Of a DNA stretch of 64,000 bases, positions 1-13,375 are shown one piece after another (the stretch's first letter is position 1; each line of letters starts with the position of its first letter). The position numbers and the translations under genes are program-made. The notes under the pieces were generated by a model. It was not told where the DNA came from, searched no databases, and worked only from the letters and a program-made list of their open reading frames with translations. Source of the DNA: Microthyrium microscopicum (Eukaryota); assembly GCA_010405405.1 (NCBI GenBank), contig MU004234.1, positions 957,275-1,021,274 of the forward strand, written 5' to 3'.

Positions 1-1295
1 ATTACTGGATATTGAAGCAAAAGCACCACTCTATACTCACTTTATAGAAACGATCCAAGGCATCTCGACCATTCGCGCCTTCAATTGGCAACCGCGCTTC
101 CAAGAAGAGAACCAGGCACTACTGTCGCAATCGCAGAGGCCAGTCTACATGCTCATGTGTATTCAACAACTACTAGCACTAGTTTTGGACTTGATTGTGG
201 GAGTAGTTGCGGTCGTCTTGATTGCAATAATCACTTCCCAAAAGGACAAATTTAGCCCGGCTTCTGTTGGAGTGGCGTTGAATGTGGTACTTACATTGAA
301 CATGCAGCTTACGCATCTCATCAAGATGTGGACGAATATGGAGGTCTCCATCGGTGCGGTTGCTCGCATTCAGACTTTTGTTGAGAAAACACCTACAGAG
401 AAACGGATTCGTGTTCAACCAGCTCCACAGGCGCAATGGCCTTCTCAAGGAGCTGTAGAGTTTCGCAATCTCACCGCCAGCTTCAAGTAAGATCAATGCT
501 GTCAAGCAATTCCATTTCTAGCTCATAGAAAAGTCGTGCTAACTAAACGTGTCAAAGGCCGGAAACTCCATCTACTCTAAAGAAACTGAGCCTTAAGATC
601 ACGCCTGGTGAGAAAATTGCCGTATGTGGTGCATCAGGCAGTGGAAAGACGTCCTTAGTTATGGCGCTGCTCCAGATGATGGATATCACAGAAGGCAATA
701 TCGTCGTAGATGGAATCGACCTTGCCACAATCGAGTGCAACGACATCCGGTCAAGTGTGAATGTAGTTTCCCAGGATCCGCTGTTTCTGCCAGGTACTTT
801 AAGATTCAACCTTGACCCTCTTGGACTTGCACAAGATCACGAGATACAGGTAGCGCTTGAAAAAGTTGGACTGTGGGCTAGATTTGATTCCAGTGAGAGT
901 CTTAACATGGACTTCTCTCCCTCGGAGTGGTCTGTTGGGCAGCGACAACTATTTGCTCTGGCTCGAGCTGTTCTAACAAAGAGTTCTATTTTGATTCTCG
1001 ACGAAGCAACGAGCAGGTATGTCAATTATCCTAGAGAATTTCTGTGTTGGCAAGGATTAACATGTCTGTTAGTGTTGACAGGGAAACTGAAGCCACCATG
1101 CAGCAAATTATCGAGAGTGAGTTTGCGGAGCAAACAGTCATTGCGGTGATCCATCGCTTTCGATTCATCAACAAGTTCGACCGGGTAGCGTTGCTCAGAC
1201 GGGGTGAACTTCTCGAATGTGACAGTCCTGAAATTTTGTTGGGCACAAATTCGGAATTCAAGAAATTGTACCTGGCTTTGCAGCGAAAGAATTGA
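1..1295 (+). CDS. ABCC/MRP-type ABC transporter, 3' part (end of TMD2 and NBD2); truncated by the window start
   Basis: Reads LLDIEAKAPLYTHFIETIQGISTIRAF from base 2. After intron 487-557: Walker A GASGSGKT, Q-loop VSQDP, signature variant WSVGQRQ, Walker B ILILDEATS. Intron ~1017-1072, then SVDRETE and H-loop IAVIHR; TGA at 1293-1295. Confidence 0.95.
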
Positions 1296-1507
1296 TAACA
1301 ACTAGATCATCTAACTCTATGATATTTAGAAACATGCTAGGCCGTTCTGGCACTGAGCTCGCTCACTGCCAATAAAGGCATTTCGTGAGAACATATAGAT
1401 TCCAGATAGGCAACATCGTCATCTTCGTAGATCAAGATCAATGAAAAATAAAATACCCGAGAGAAGTTTTCACAATGCTCCATACTCCAGTGCTATAATC
1501 ATCCCCT

Positions 1508-2167
1508 CTAAACATCAACCATAATCATTGTGGGAGCTGGATACACAGAAGTTGCCTCACTCATCGCCGAGTTGAAGTTCTCCCAATCCCCAGCTGTTCG
1601 TTCTTTGATTTCGTGATATCGTGCCTCGATTGCGGCGCGGAACCGGTCGAGCGCCCGGCGTTCTGTATCTAAACAGCGACCAACACTGTCAAAGAGCGGT
1701 CCAGTTGTCTTGAGTGTTTTGTGTTGAGTCGCGAGTACTGCGATGGCGCGGCGGTGTTCGTTCAAGAACTAGAACTATTTAATATTGTATGGCGCGGGAA
1801 ACGAAGACAAAACTTACACTGTACAGAACGAGTGCAAGCAGATTGGAATCAGCCAGATCAAACGCTTCATCGTCAAAGGTGAGATCTTGTACGCTGTTGA
1901 GAAGTAGGCTTGAGATACGTTCTAAGTTTTTGATAATTTGCTGGTTTCGTTATTAGACGCTATTGATAATGCCAGAATCGTAGGACTTACTGGTGCATTC
2001 TCCAAGTATGTGTCAGTTGAAAGTAGGCCGAAAGTCTCTCCATCTTCGACGACATATTTCAGATCTTCTTCCAATTCTGTTGTGCAGTTCACCATATCAT
2101 CAATGTTGGCTTTGAGTGGGATATATGCATCTTGCTGGCGAGCGGCTGGGTTGATGAAAAGAGGCAT
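1508..2167 (-). CDS. Hypothetical protein, ~186 aa, 3 exons
   Basis: ATG at 2167. GTAAGT introns at 1990-1941 and 1817-1769 join three stop-free segments in phase 0 (MPLFINP...NAP / QIIKNLERISSLLL...VLYS / FLNEHRR...MVDV*). Confidence 0.65.
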
Positions 2168-5100
2168 GTTGAAGATTTTGTTTCTTGTAGAACTGTTACA
2201 AGATTTAGTCAAAGTTGTGATATGAATACTAGAAAAGAGGAGTAATCGAATATTCGGCTTCAAAGCAAGTAGCGTGCTTGTTCCTTGTCATCTGACAAAG
2301 AGGTTTGCGGGGAAGTAAGACGATGGATGAGCAGCTGGGGGTCGACAAACATTTTAGTACTTTGCAGGAATGGTGGCTTGTTTCGTGAGCCTTGAAGGAA
2401 CTTGGGGATTTAAAATAACGCCAGTTAATTCACAACTTGGGCAGTTGGGGCTGATAGGAATGCTGGGGAGGATTTGGTGGCAGTCGTTTCCTTTTGATGC
2501 TTGATGCTGTTGGAACCACGTCTGAAAGCTGGGAGGTTAATCAAGAAATACGGGCAGGGTCATACGAGTTAATGAAATAAGACCAGGACCCTGGGCAAAA
2601 CAACTTTTAAGTATGCCATGCAAACCAAGGTATGGTTTGAGTGGTGGCATGCTTGATAGCCAGCTGTAAGCATAAATCGTGGTTGTTTGTCCACTCATTC
2701 GCGAGCAATCGTCATGATAGTCCTCTCTACTTCCCCTCCACTCCATTCCAGCTTGGATAGTGTACATGTCGGTATGTCGGCGTTTACAAACCTCCTTCAG
2801 GTCAAGGCACCATTAACCTCATTGGGAGTGGAGCGAAACGGATCAACACCATGCCACCGATCTGGTTCTGTCGATCCATCCCTCAATGCGGGAGCGGCTC
2901 TGGCGAGCACGCGGAAACAAAGCATGCTTAGCAACATCTTGCTGCAGTTCTACTACGGTTACCAATGAAGTTGTGAAAGATCGATAAAGGAATGGGTCTT
3001 TTGGATCCTCTTTCGTACTCTGAGCTGCATTTAGGAACAGATAACAGAATTGTATGAAGTTCAGCCTCGTACCAGATATGGCTGCAGGGAAGTTGGCAGT
3101 GCAAGAACGGCGTGAACGGGTCCTCGGAGTCCCACAAGAAAGCTGTCAAAGTCAAGCCTAGAAACTACCAAGCTGTGACCCATCTGCCACTCAATTGTGG
3201 ACTCCAAAGCTTGTTTACTTCCCATCTTCCTATCGCAGCTACAGTAGCACGAGTAGTCACAAGAACAACTCAACATTCCATAAGCTACGGATACTTTCAG
3301 TAGCGGCTATGCCAAGGGGAGCCGAAGCTGCATACTTGCATCAAAATCGCAGTATTTGGTTAGGAAATGATAGCTGCATAATTCAATCATGTTGGACCAG
3401 TAGTAGTAAAGGTCGGCTCTTGGCCCCGGATCTGCAGATTGACAGCTTTCCACTTGTGGCGGCTGAGGCTTCGAATTGAGTTATTTTAGGGCTGATCTCC
3501 ACGACTCTGGAGTCTGCCGTTTTGAATAGCACAATGGCGTCAATCATCAAGTTGACAGGTGGTACAGGCGTCAATTATGAATTTTGGAGTGATAAGGTAC
3601 CTACTCCTGCTTGCCATTTTGATAGAGACTGGGTTTGTGGTTACCGTACTAGCATGGTCAATGTCAGAACGCAATCTTAGCGAGAGGCCGGATGACAGGG
3701 GAAATGACGGGAAAATCGACCAAGAGGGAGCTTGGGAGGCCTTAAACTCTATGTTTCTGTGCCGCCGAGATAATAATCCTTCGGCAAGAAGGATTCTGAA
3801 TCAATCGCCCGCAAGAAATATCTAGGCTGGGATCATAATTTGCTTTAGTGCTTACGGTGCTTGAGGAGGTAATAAGAGGCGCTCATTGAACAAAGGCTGG
3901 CCCACCCAGTCGATGCAGATGTGTTTGAAAGTACAGTATGCGAAAATGGATTGGACCTTTCGTCTTGTATTATGACTGATTGTCCGCAAGAATGAAATGA
4001 TTTTGGGCCGGAAATGCTTCCATCACCCTGATGACTGCATCAAGTACCTCATTATGGCCTCTGGCAACGTCACTGCTAGTTGCTCATGTGCCCGCACTTT
4101 GGAGGCTTGCATTTGACAGTCCAACGGCTCTGAAGCGGCGTTTCTGCGTTGGAGGCGTTTGCTAGTTGCGGGGTTCGGAGAGTCGGCGAATCTGCCCAGC
4201 ACGCACGAGAGATATAAACTTTGATTCATGTCCAGAAGATCGGAAGAAACTTCGATATGCGCTCCATATTCTGGAACTTTTCAATGGAGCTTAAACCAGG
4301 CTCTACAATAAATCACCTTACATGTATTTTGAGGTTAGAATTAGGTATTCTATACCTCGTGTCAGCCCATATATATGGGCTTTTAAGCGAGATCTTGGTA
4401 AATTCTGCCAAATAGGACTTACCTAACTTCCTACCAAAATTGGAAAAAATCACTCCATCATTAAAATCAATTTGCATTGCCATATTGCTTGGCTACCAGG
4501 ACTCCTTTAATGCGTTCTTCCAGAATACCCTTCGTTTCAAACCCATATGCGATCATATTGGTAGGCCATGAATGTTGGTTAGCATGTCAAGCAGGGCTTG
4601 TATGCGAGAGACTATTCCAGAAGGGCTTGAAATTAGAACGAAGTTTTAGATCCCGGGTGATCTATGTCAGATCTCTCGGCGCGTTTATGCGATAGATCTA
4701 ACTAATGCAGCTTGTAGAAACAACTGTGCGGGAACGATCTGTTTTCGACCTAAATCCCAAGACTCGTCTACTTGTTGTGTATCCGAGGGCGACTTCGATG
4801 TTCAACAATCATTCTACCTCTGAGAAGAAATCAGATACTCACTTGGACGCCCGATTTTGCATGGGAGACTACGTGCTAACACGTCAAACTGGCTATTCAT
4901 TTTAATTTCAGAGACTTTAGCAGAATCAGCTACTAGCGAAGACAGTCCTCGCCGTCATACCGCCATAATGGAAGTGAACTTCATCTTTCTCATGTGGCTA
5001 AGAATTCGAAAATCGCCGGAGTGTTCTTCAAGGGGATTTGCGTAGAAAGACGGACTTCCGAAGAGAGAATTCGATCTCATTAGCGGTTTTTTCACCATTC

Positions 5101-5543
5101 GAGCCTCCTGACAATAAAGCTTCTAGAGAACTTCTATTCAGCAAGTTGAGGCTAAGCGATCACTAAGCCCTTCTTCCTCCATTTGCAGTAATTAGACCAA
5201 CCTTCAAATCAAGACCCCGTTCGTGTAGTAAGTTGCCACTGCTGAACTATTATTGGTCTGGGAAATTTTAAAGTATTCCTTTCAGCTCACCTCTTATATA
5301 GCATCGGACGTAGACTCTAACTCTGGCAACATAATGGTGCAAGTCGATCTTTCGGGTCAAGGTGAGTTGCATTTCGGGCAAATAGTGATCATTTGAGGTG
5401 CTATAGAAATATAGATTAAGTATTTCCACCTTATTTCCCTTGAATCTAGATTCCAGCCATACGCTACCATAAGTTGTCTTTTCAGTGACAGCAAATTGAT
5501 CCGGTGGTTGTCTAATTTGCTGGCTCATTCAACAAAAAGAGCC

Positions 5544-7193
5544 ATGAAATTCGGCTTGCCTCGACCAGAAGGTCTACTGCTCCTGGTGAACGCAGGCCAA
5601 GTCGCCACTGAAGTCATCAATATCACTATTCCAAAAGGCCTAGAAACAAGAATCTTGCCTCGCGATGTAGTCGGCTACTCCATTGAGCCTACATGGGTCG
5701 ACACCTTCATCAGAAATTCCAAAACTGCAACACTGCTAAGTGCAATAGCCAACATCACTGGTATTGCTCCTCCCATAAGGATAGGAGGAAATACGGCAGA
5801 TCAGACGTACCTCCAAGATATGTTACCATCTGGTCATGTTTCAGAAGCATTCTCGGATCCTGGGACGACTTCCAGGTTTAATGTTACTCGGGACTGGTTT
5901 AGAACTTGGGGAGACTACTTTCCGCCAGGTACCAATTTTATATACACGCTCAATTTTGCAGACAACACCTCTTCATGGAAAAACGCGGTCGAGCAAGCCG
6001 AAGCTGCGTATGCAGGCCTAGGCGACAAATTGAGCCAGTTCGAGCTTGGTAATGAAATCGATCATTTCATCAATAAAAGCTGGCGACCTCCCTACCCGTC
6101 CTGGGGAGTAGCAGTGTACATTGAGCAGTTTCGAAACTTGACAGGTCAGATCACAAGCTCGGCGTGGTACAAACAATTATCGCATCCTCCAACATTTCAG
6201 GCTGGCGTAATTGCTGATCCACCTCTTGTAGAAGACCAGCAAGACGAGATAGATGACTTCAGCATTGCGAATCTTACTGCCAACGGCACAGGTGGTCTAC
6301 TGGAACGTCCGGAGGATAGAGCACTCATTTCGAGTTTGGCCGTGCATCTATACCCACAATCTACTTGTGATGCACCACGGTGGAATCGCATGAGACTCGA
6401 CTTGTTAAGCAACCACAGTACCTTATGGCTCAACGTATCTCAGTTTATCCCGGAAATAGAAGCTGCAGATCATGCAGGCATACCTTTTATCATGGGAGAG
6501 ACGAACAGTGTCAGTTGTGGCGGCCGCAGTGGTATCAGCGATACATTTGGTGCTGCGCTATGGGTTGTAGATTATGTTTTGCTTGCCGCAAGTCTTGGAA
6601 TGCAGAAGATATTCTTTCACTTAGGCGCTCAAAGCGAGTATAGTGCCTTCACACCAGAACCGTATTTTTATAAGAACGAGAGTTTGACTGCAGGTATACG
6701 AGCTACGTGGTACTCCCATTACTTTCTGGCGAAAGCAGTAGCTTCATCCAAAAACGAAACTTTCAGGATTGCGGCTTTACCAAGCGCCAATTCGAGCACA
6801 CTTGCTGGATATGGTATTTATGCTGGAGTTACTCTGAAGAAATTGGTCTTCGTGGATATGGGAGTTTGGAATGGCACAAAGGGACTGAGTAATCCCTCCA
6901 CTATTAGCTCGACAGATGGGAATATGTTTAGCAATACGGCAAGATCCAGTAACACTCTGACTGTCTTTACTCCTTGGGCAGTCGGACAGAACGTTGCCGT
7001 AACCAGGCTTTCGGGACCAGGAACAAACAGTAAAAGCGAAATCTTAGTCTCCGGCGTGGCATTTGATATGGGAACTGGGATGAAAATTGGAGATGAGGCT
7101 TCGGAAGCCTTATATGTTGGAATAAGTGGACAACTGAATATAAGTATAGCAAGGGCAGAAGCAGTTCTACTCGAGGTCGAACAGCATTTGTAG
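5544..7193 (+). CDS. Glycoside hydrolase family 79 (beta-glucuronidase-like), probably secreted
   Basis: Motifs IRIGGNTAD, FELGNEID (acid/base), MGETNSVSCGG (nucleophile), GISDTFGAALWVVDY; many NxS/T sites; no intron. Confidence 0.92.
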   Translation: MKFGLPRPEGLLLLVNAGQVATEVINITIPKGLETRILPRDVVGYSIEPTWVDTFIRNSKTATLLSAIANITGIAPPIRIGGNTADQTYLQDMLPSGHVSEAFSDPGTTSRFNVTRDWFRTWGDYFPPGTNFIYTLNFADNTSSWKNAVEQAEAAYAGLGDKLSQFELGNEIDHFINKSWRPPYPSWGVAVYIEQFRNLTGQITSSAWYKQLSHPPTFQAGVIADPPLVEDQQDEIDDFSIANLTANGTGGLLERPEDRALISSLAVHLYPQSTCDAPRWNRMRLDLLSNHSTLWLNVSQFIPEIEAADHAGIPFIMGETNSVSCGGRSGISDTFGAALWVVDYVLLAASLGMQKIFFHLGAQSEYSAFTPEPYFYKNESLTAGIRATWYSHYFLAKAVASSKNETFRIAALPSANSSTLAGYGIYAGVTLKKLVFVDMGVWNGTKGLSNPSTISSTDGNMFSNTARSSNTLTVFTPWAVGQNVAVTRLSGPGTNSKSEILVSGVAFDMGTGMKIGDEASEALYVGISGQLNISIARAEAVLLEVEQHL

Positions 7194-7663
7194 AGCATTG
7201 TAGTCATGCGTCTAGATTCACACCAAAACAAGAGATACATTCTTCTTTGCGATAGGATGATGAGGAAGGCTATGACATATTCACAGAATGCGCGTGACTT
7301 TTCATGATCTCATCCAAGTTTACGGGCTTCTATACCTCTCTCTTCAGTGTAACCTCCTCTCTCATGGGGTTTCTTTTTCTGCTCTAATCTGAACACATGG
7401 TCCTTCAGCCAAGAGGAAAGATAGCTCATTGTGGATAGTAAACCTTACAAAGAAAGAAGTATGGCATTATGAAATTGCATTTCGAGGAGCATGTTCAAAA
7501 TACAGGATACCATTTATGGCCTTTAGATCTACGTCTATGTCAGAACGTCGTTACTTCAATCAAAGCATTGCCCACTAATAACTACAGTTCGCAAGCGCAC
7601 TCTACCCAGAGAAAGAACTGGAAGTTTTCCACGATCAGCCTATTACAGCCACACTCACGAGCA

Positions 7664-8224
7664 ATGAACCAAAAACCACCAGTCTGCTTTGTATCCGGGC
7701 ACAAGAATCTTCTTGATCACGACTTCGCCAAACGCTACGTTCCATATGTAGATGAAGCTACCAAGTCAGACCACCACTTTGTCGTGTCCAGTTCACCTGG
7801 CGCAGACAACAAGCCCATCAACTATCTTCTCGAAAAGTCGGACTTTGGTCCTCGTCGTATTACCATCTACCTACGAAGCTGTGATCCTCAATTTTTCAGC
7901 ACTCTGGCTCATCAAAGAGGTACAGATGTGAAAGTAGTTCCCGGATCTCGTACTGCCCGCGACGCCTGGATGACTACTGACTACGATTATTACCTAGGTA
8001 TGATATCTTGTGGGTAAGATCGTATAAGAAAACCGAAAGCATTGCTTGGAAACAAACGTGGTACACCTGGACGTGTCAGTGGTATTGAAAAGAACAGACT
8101 CCGTAGAGAATCTCGAGGAGAAGTTCTCTCTGAAAAGAACTATAGCAGAGTTATGGAAAATGGTAAGAATCAACAAGCACATTATAAAGAACAAATACTT
8201 TGTTGCTGCTTGGCCAAAGGATAG
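7664..8224 (+). pseudogene. Frameshifted gene for a small Rossmann/SLOG-like protein
   Basis: CFVSGHKNL...HHFVVSSSPGAD...RITIY...RDAWMT in frame 2, stop at 8015-8017. YDILWVRS is in frame 1 from 7999. GRVSGIEKNRLRR returns to frame 2. Confidence 0.55.
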
Positions 8225-8753
8225 ATTCAAAATCGAATAAAATTCTGTTTGTCAAATAATGATTCCAAATTGTGATTGAAGAATTTGAATTGTAAAGCTT
8301 ACTACGTGTGAATTATATTCTGATCGGAAGCGATCTTGTGAAATACTACCAGATACAGCAGGCTAATGCCGTGAAATATAGACACTTTGGAGCAAAAGGG
8401 TCTCCATCTCGTTAGAACTGTTAAAGAAAACTGTCGTGAATCTTAGCTTCTCCTTATACTTCAGGTGTCGATGACATTGCTCAGGTGAAACACACATTAC
8501 AGTCAAACATCCATTCCATCTTCTCCCTTGAGTGTGTTACCGGTAGTCTGCAGGTTCTGGCTAAAAGTGCAAGTCATATATCCACAGACACTGGCTATGT
8601 CGTTTGAAGCCAGTGAATTTAACACTCCTCATGCTACGTATAAAACTTTGAAAGCTCTCTGAGATTCCCAGGCCATTATCTCCACCGTCAGAAATAATTT
8701 ATACCTTCATCAGATCGAGTTCCACAAAATCATTTATCCTACAACATATAGTT

Positions 8754-10976
8754 ATGGATCCACGGCGTCAAGGCCGTCAAGGCTATGGAGCCGCCCAACC
8801 CAGAAACCACCCTCATGGAACTACTCAATCCAGGAATCCGGTACCGCCGCCTAGGAATCCAGCACGACCTCAAGTCGTTGCGAGGCAGACAAACCCAAAC
8901 GCATATGGCATGCGCTATGTAAAGGTACCAAAGAACATGAATCTTCAGGCCGCGTTTAGAGCATTCGCGCCATATCTTGCACCCGTATTCATCGAGCATG
9001 ACAGTATGTATTTTTTTGAGAGAATGAATTCCGATAGTAGCTAATGGATCTAGACGCCTACTTCTGGCTCCTACCCACTGAAGATCCTTTGCAGCCGCTC
9101 TTCGTCCGCCTTCCCACACCTAGAACCGTGGGTGGGTTCTTCTCCGCAAATGATGTTCGTGGCGTCTGGGATATCTTCTTTGGATTCAATCCCAACTTGG
9201 AGCCCATCTATCCCACCCAGGGAGACATGTATGAATTCGAATTCCTAGTGCACATGCCTCAGCCGGAAGAAGATGTAGCATATTGTCGACGTGTTATGCT
9301 GAATCCAGCGACTGGCCAGTACACAGTACAAGATTTCAAAGAGGATCGCGAGGGCCGAGAGATGCCGCTTCGTTTAGAGTTGAATGAGCCAGGCTACGGC
9401 AATATTGTACATTGGCGTCCAACAGTTGATGTGAATACTGGCAATGTTTCTATGAAGCCAACAGAGCTACTTCTTGAAGAGGCTGGCGAACATTATGAGT
9501 TTGGTGATCACTGGAACGTCAATCACGATCATCCAGCTTATGTCCAGCACGTTCATGAGCAGCAGCACCAGACCCAGCAGCAGCAAGCTCAACAGCAGCA
9601 ACAAGCTCAACAGCAGCAACAAGCTCAACAGCAGCAACAAGCTCAACAGCAGCAACAAGCTCAACAGCANNNNNNNNNNNNNNNNNNNNNNNNNNNNNNN
9701 NNNNNNNNNCAGCAACAAGCTCAACAGCAGCAACAAGCTCAACAGCAGCAACAAGCTCAACAGCAGCAACAAGCTCAACAGCAGCAGCAAGCTCAACAGC
9801 AGCAGCAAGCTCATCAGCAGCGAGCCCAGTACCACCATCGTGGCAACAGCGACTTAGCCTCTACAAATGAGTCACGCTCCCAACGCCCAACTAGCGTTCA
9901 CACTCAGGCCTCACGAAATGTTGCCGACCGACAATCAGCCCAGGCCCTAGGTGGTCCTTCATCTGACCAGCCGTCAGGAAGAGATTATCCCCGTCCGGCG
10001 CCTATTAGCTTATTCGACTATCTCGATAACCTAGAAAGGGAACGCAAGATCAATTTCGGCATCGAGCAGGCGGACACCGCTGGAAGCGCCAAAGATAAGC
10101 CAGTTCGATCCCGTGCGCCTGAACTTCACTCAGGCACCAAACCAAGTGCTGCCGAGCCAGAAGCTGTCAGTCCATCTGCCCATTTAAAGGCAACCGAAAA
10201 GCCAAAGAACACTCCAGGCGCCACAAACCGGCCTTCGCAATCGCAGGCACCCGCGGCACAAACGAGGAAAACCATCTGGGCGATTGACCCATTTGATGAG
10301 TACGTTATTGTCGGCCACCGCAACGAGCAAACCGCTGCTACCAACGAGCCTGGAAGCGCAGTCAACGATTCCGCTTCTATCACCGAAACTCCAGCAAAGC
10401 TTTCCAAGGGCAAAGAACGCGCTGTCGATACAAGTTCTCCAACAGAGTTGCCGCCTCGCAGTCATGAAGCTAAGCAGACTCCAGTCGCTAACATGTTCGA
10501 CTCGATCAAGCAGTCCCAAGACGCACTGCTAGTAGCCCACAAGAGTCTCATAGACGCTATAGCTATCCACCAAGCGACGTTGGAAGCGCATGACAACGAC
10601 CCACCTGCAGACGAGGAACATCCCGAGGTTACGCAGACGCTTGCCATGGTCTGGGAAGCACGTAGAAACGAGTATGAGGCTTGGCTTGAAACGGGCGAGC
10701 AGTTGACGAAGATGGGAAAGGGTGATGTTGGACATGGTCAGTCATCTGATCGGATGGAGAGGAGTCAGACCATAGAGTAAGTGATATTGGTTGTATGGAT
10801 GGTTACATGGAATGCTAATAAATTTACTTAGATTTACGGACGATGGTGGTTCCGATTGTGACTGCTCTGAATGTGAGGGTGCAGCTTCGGAGTCTGAGGA
10901 TGGTGCTGGAGATGAGATTCCGGATATGGAGAAAAATCAACCAAGAGTGGAGGACGCCGATCCAACTGACGTCTAG
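8754..10976 (+). CDS. Orphan low-complexity protein with a (QQQQQA)n tract, 3 exons
   Basis: ATG 8754. Introns 9004-9053 (GTATGT..GCTAAT..TAG) and 10777-10831 (GTAAGT..GCTAAT..TAG) join three track ORFs in frame. An assembly gap lies inside the repeat. Confidence 0.75.
9575..9820 (+). repeat. 18-bp coding minisatellite (GCTCAACAGCAGCAACAA)n with a 40-N gap at 9670-9709
   Basis: Near-perfect tandem units visible on both sides of the gap. Confidence 0.97.
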
Positions 10977-11167
10977 CCTTTGTCTGAGGTATTCGCTCAG
11001 TCTGCCAGCGTTTGCGCTGACGGCACTGGTAATGGCGAAATGGATTGACGAGAACGTCACCAACGATATGTATGGAGTTGTATAGTGGAACGATTCGAAT
11101 AGCTCTTTGCAGTTAGGTACTGTGCTATCAACGCCTTTCTAGAAGCTCAGGGGGGCGGCATAGACAC

Positions 11168-12979
11168 TTAAATGCTGCCAGGCTTTGCCATGGTATCTTT
11201 GGTGTCCTTGGGCGATTCCGCAGATGTTCGAGTATTGGTGATTCTTTGCATACATATTTCGTAGCCTAGTATTGACATTGAGTGATGGAGGCTTGGCCCA
11301 GGGAGTCCCCAAGTAATCCAAGCGCGAAGGTACTTGTAGATAATCCTACGAGCGGCTGGGATTGGATGAAACTGTCCTTGAACAAGCTCGTCGTCATAGC
11401 CCCGATACTTTCTTGCAAGTTTATCAACAGTATCTTTCAAACATTCTTGCAGGTCTTCTGCGGTGAAGGCACGCCCGTCACTCTCGGCTATTGCCCATTT
11501 GCCCATTGCTTCTGTCATCAGCGTGCGAATGCTTTCTTCGGTTGGCTCAAAAGTGGCTTGCTCTCGTAGAAACCTTTCAGAGGGTTCTGAAGCTTTGATT
11601 GTAATGATCTGTGGAGGGTTGTTGGTGAGCAGGTAGCGCCTACCATCGATCCATTTGTCTGTAGAAGCTGGGACATCGTTGGCCTGTTGGATAATCTCGG
11701 CGATCCTTTGATCCAATTTCCGGGCATCATCCATTCCAAGTGACGCCAGGTCTGCCCGGGAAACTTGCTTCCGGACAGCATTTGCGATAAGTGATATAGC
11801 TTCTTGGGCTTCACTGCCGCCTTGCTGCAGCTGTAGTTTGATATGTTTCATCTGCAGGTTTTCCAATCTCTCCAAGTCGACTATAGGCATCGATTTTTTG
11901 AGCTTGAAATCAAACTATCATGCAATTAGCAAGCGTCAACATATATGACACGGACATACCTCTTGGACCATATCCTCCAAAGTAAAGATTTCACCCGCTT
12001 CTCGACCTTGGATATGCTTCCAGCCCAAAAGGGCTAAATAGTTCATCAACGCGCCGGGAAGGACCTCATCCTTCAGATTACCGAGATTGAAGACCTGAGC
12101 ACGCTTGCTTAGCTTACTCATATCCTTATCACGCAGCAAGCCAACATGCGCAAATTCGGGTGGATCCCAGCCAAATGCTCGGTATAACGAGAGATGTTTC
12201 GGCGTCGACATGATCCATTCAGCGCCACGAATAACATGCGTGATCTCCATAAAATGGTCATCCACGACATTCGCCATATGGTAGGTGGGGAATCCATCAG
12301 CTTTGATCAAAACTCCATTGTTAGCAGAGTTACGTTCCCGCCCGAGTCTGTGTTTCTTCTCTGGCGCAATTTTCCCGAAAACCAAGTCCTTAAAGCCTTG
12401 TGGCGGTGATTTGTCTATCAGCCTGATGATGTGAGATTCGCCTGCTCTTTCTTCTGCTTCATCGTTTGAGATATTGGTACAAGTGCCATCATATTCTACT
12501 GGTAGGCCCTGCTTGATTTGGAGCGCTGCTTTCTCGCGCAAAAGCTGTGGTGAGCAGAAGCATCGATATGCATGCCCTGTGCGCACCAATTCCTCTGCAT
12601 GTTCGCGGTAGATGTTTCTTACGCCCTTGACCCTCTCCGATTGTTTATAAGGTCCATGAGGCCCACCGACTAGTGGGCCTTCATCCCATTGTAACCCGGC
12701 CCATTGGAGATCGTTGATTATCCGCTGCTCCGCTCCAGGTACTGTTCGTTTGGTGTCGGTGTCTTCGATGCGCAATATAAACTGACCACCGGTTTTCTTC
12801 GCCCAGAGATAATTGAGAAGCGCTGTTCGAAGCGACCCCAAATGAGTAAAGCCAGTGGGAGATGGCGCGAATCGCGTTCGAGCTGGTTTCAAGGTACTGG
12901 ATGACAAGAAGCGAACGGCGGTCGTGAGAGGAGAGAGCCCGTGGCGCGCTGGTATTATACGCGTACTATGAAATAGCAT
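11168..12979 (-). CDS. MSE1: Mitochondrial glutamyl-tRNA synthetase
   Basis: RTRFAPSPTGFTHLGSLRTAL (HIGH-type), LRIEDTD, PTYHMANVVDDH, ITHVIRGAEW, KLSKR; Arg/Ser-rich presequence; intron 11915-11959. Confidence 0.95.
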
Positions 12980-13375
12980 CACATCTGATGCATTGAAAGA
13001 AGCGAACGGAGAAAACGGTTAATCCTGAGCAGCTGGAGGTTCTATAGGTGTGGCATTCGCGATGGATGACTCTCGTGTATAAATTTCTGGGGTCGGAAAT
13101 AACAAAAGTCAATGACCCGGGAATAACCGAGCTCCTACTTTTCTCCAACATGAGGTCTGTGGTCAATTCCTACTCGACGCGCTCAAACACGCACATCATC
13201 AATTCTATCTTGGAAGTTATAATGAGAATCTATTAGACAGTACGCCATCACAACAATCGATGAACGAACTACTCCCTTAGCCCAAGATATGATCTTGATC
13301 TTGGAGACTGACATATAAGGTACCGCATTGCGCTGCTTCACGCGCCTGCGCCAGCTAACATCATGAGAACATCTC

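Noticed and set aside
2537..5500. Scattered short ORFs upstream of GH79
   Set aside because: Mostly non-ATG starts with no domain signal; an old relic cannot be excluded but is unsupported.
9467..9857. Poly-Leu (minus strand) and (SSNKLN)n ORFs
   Set aside because: Alternative-frame shadows of the QQQQQA repeat; only the Gln frame connects to flanking exons.
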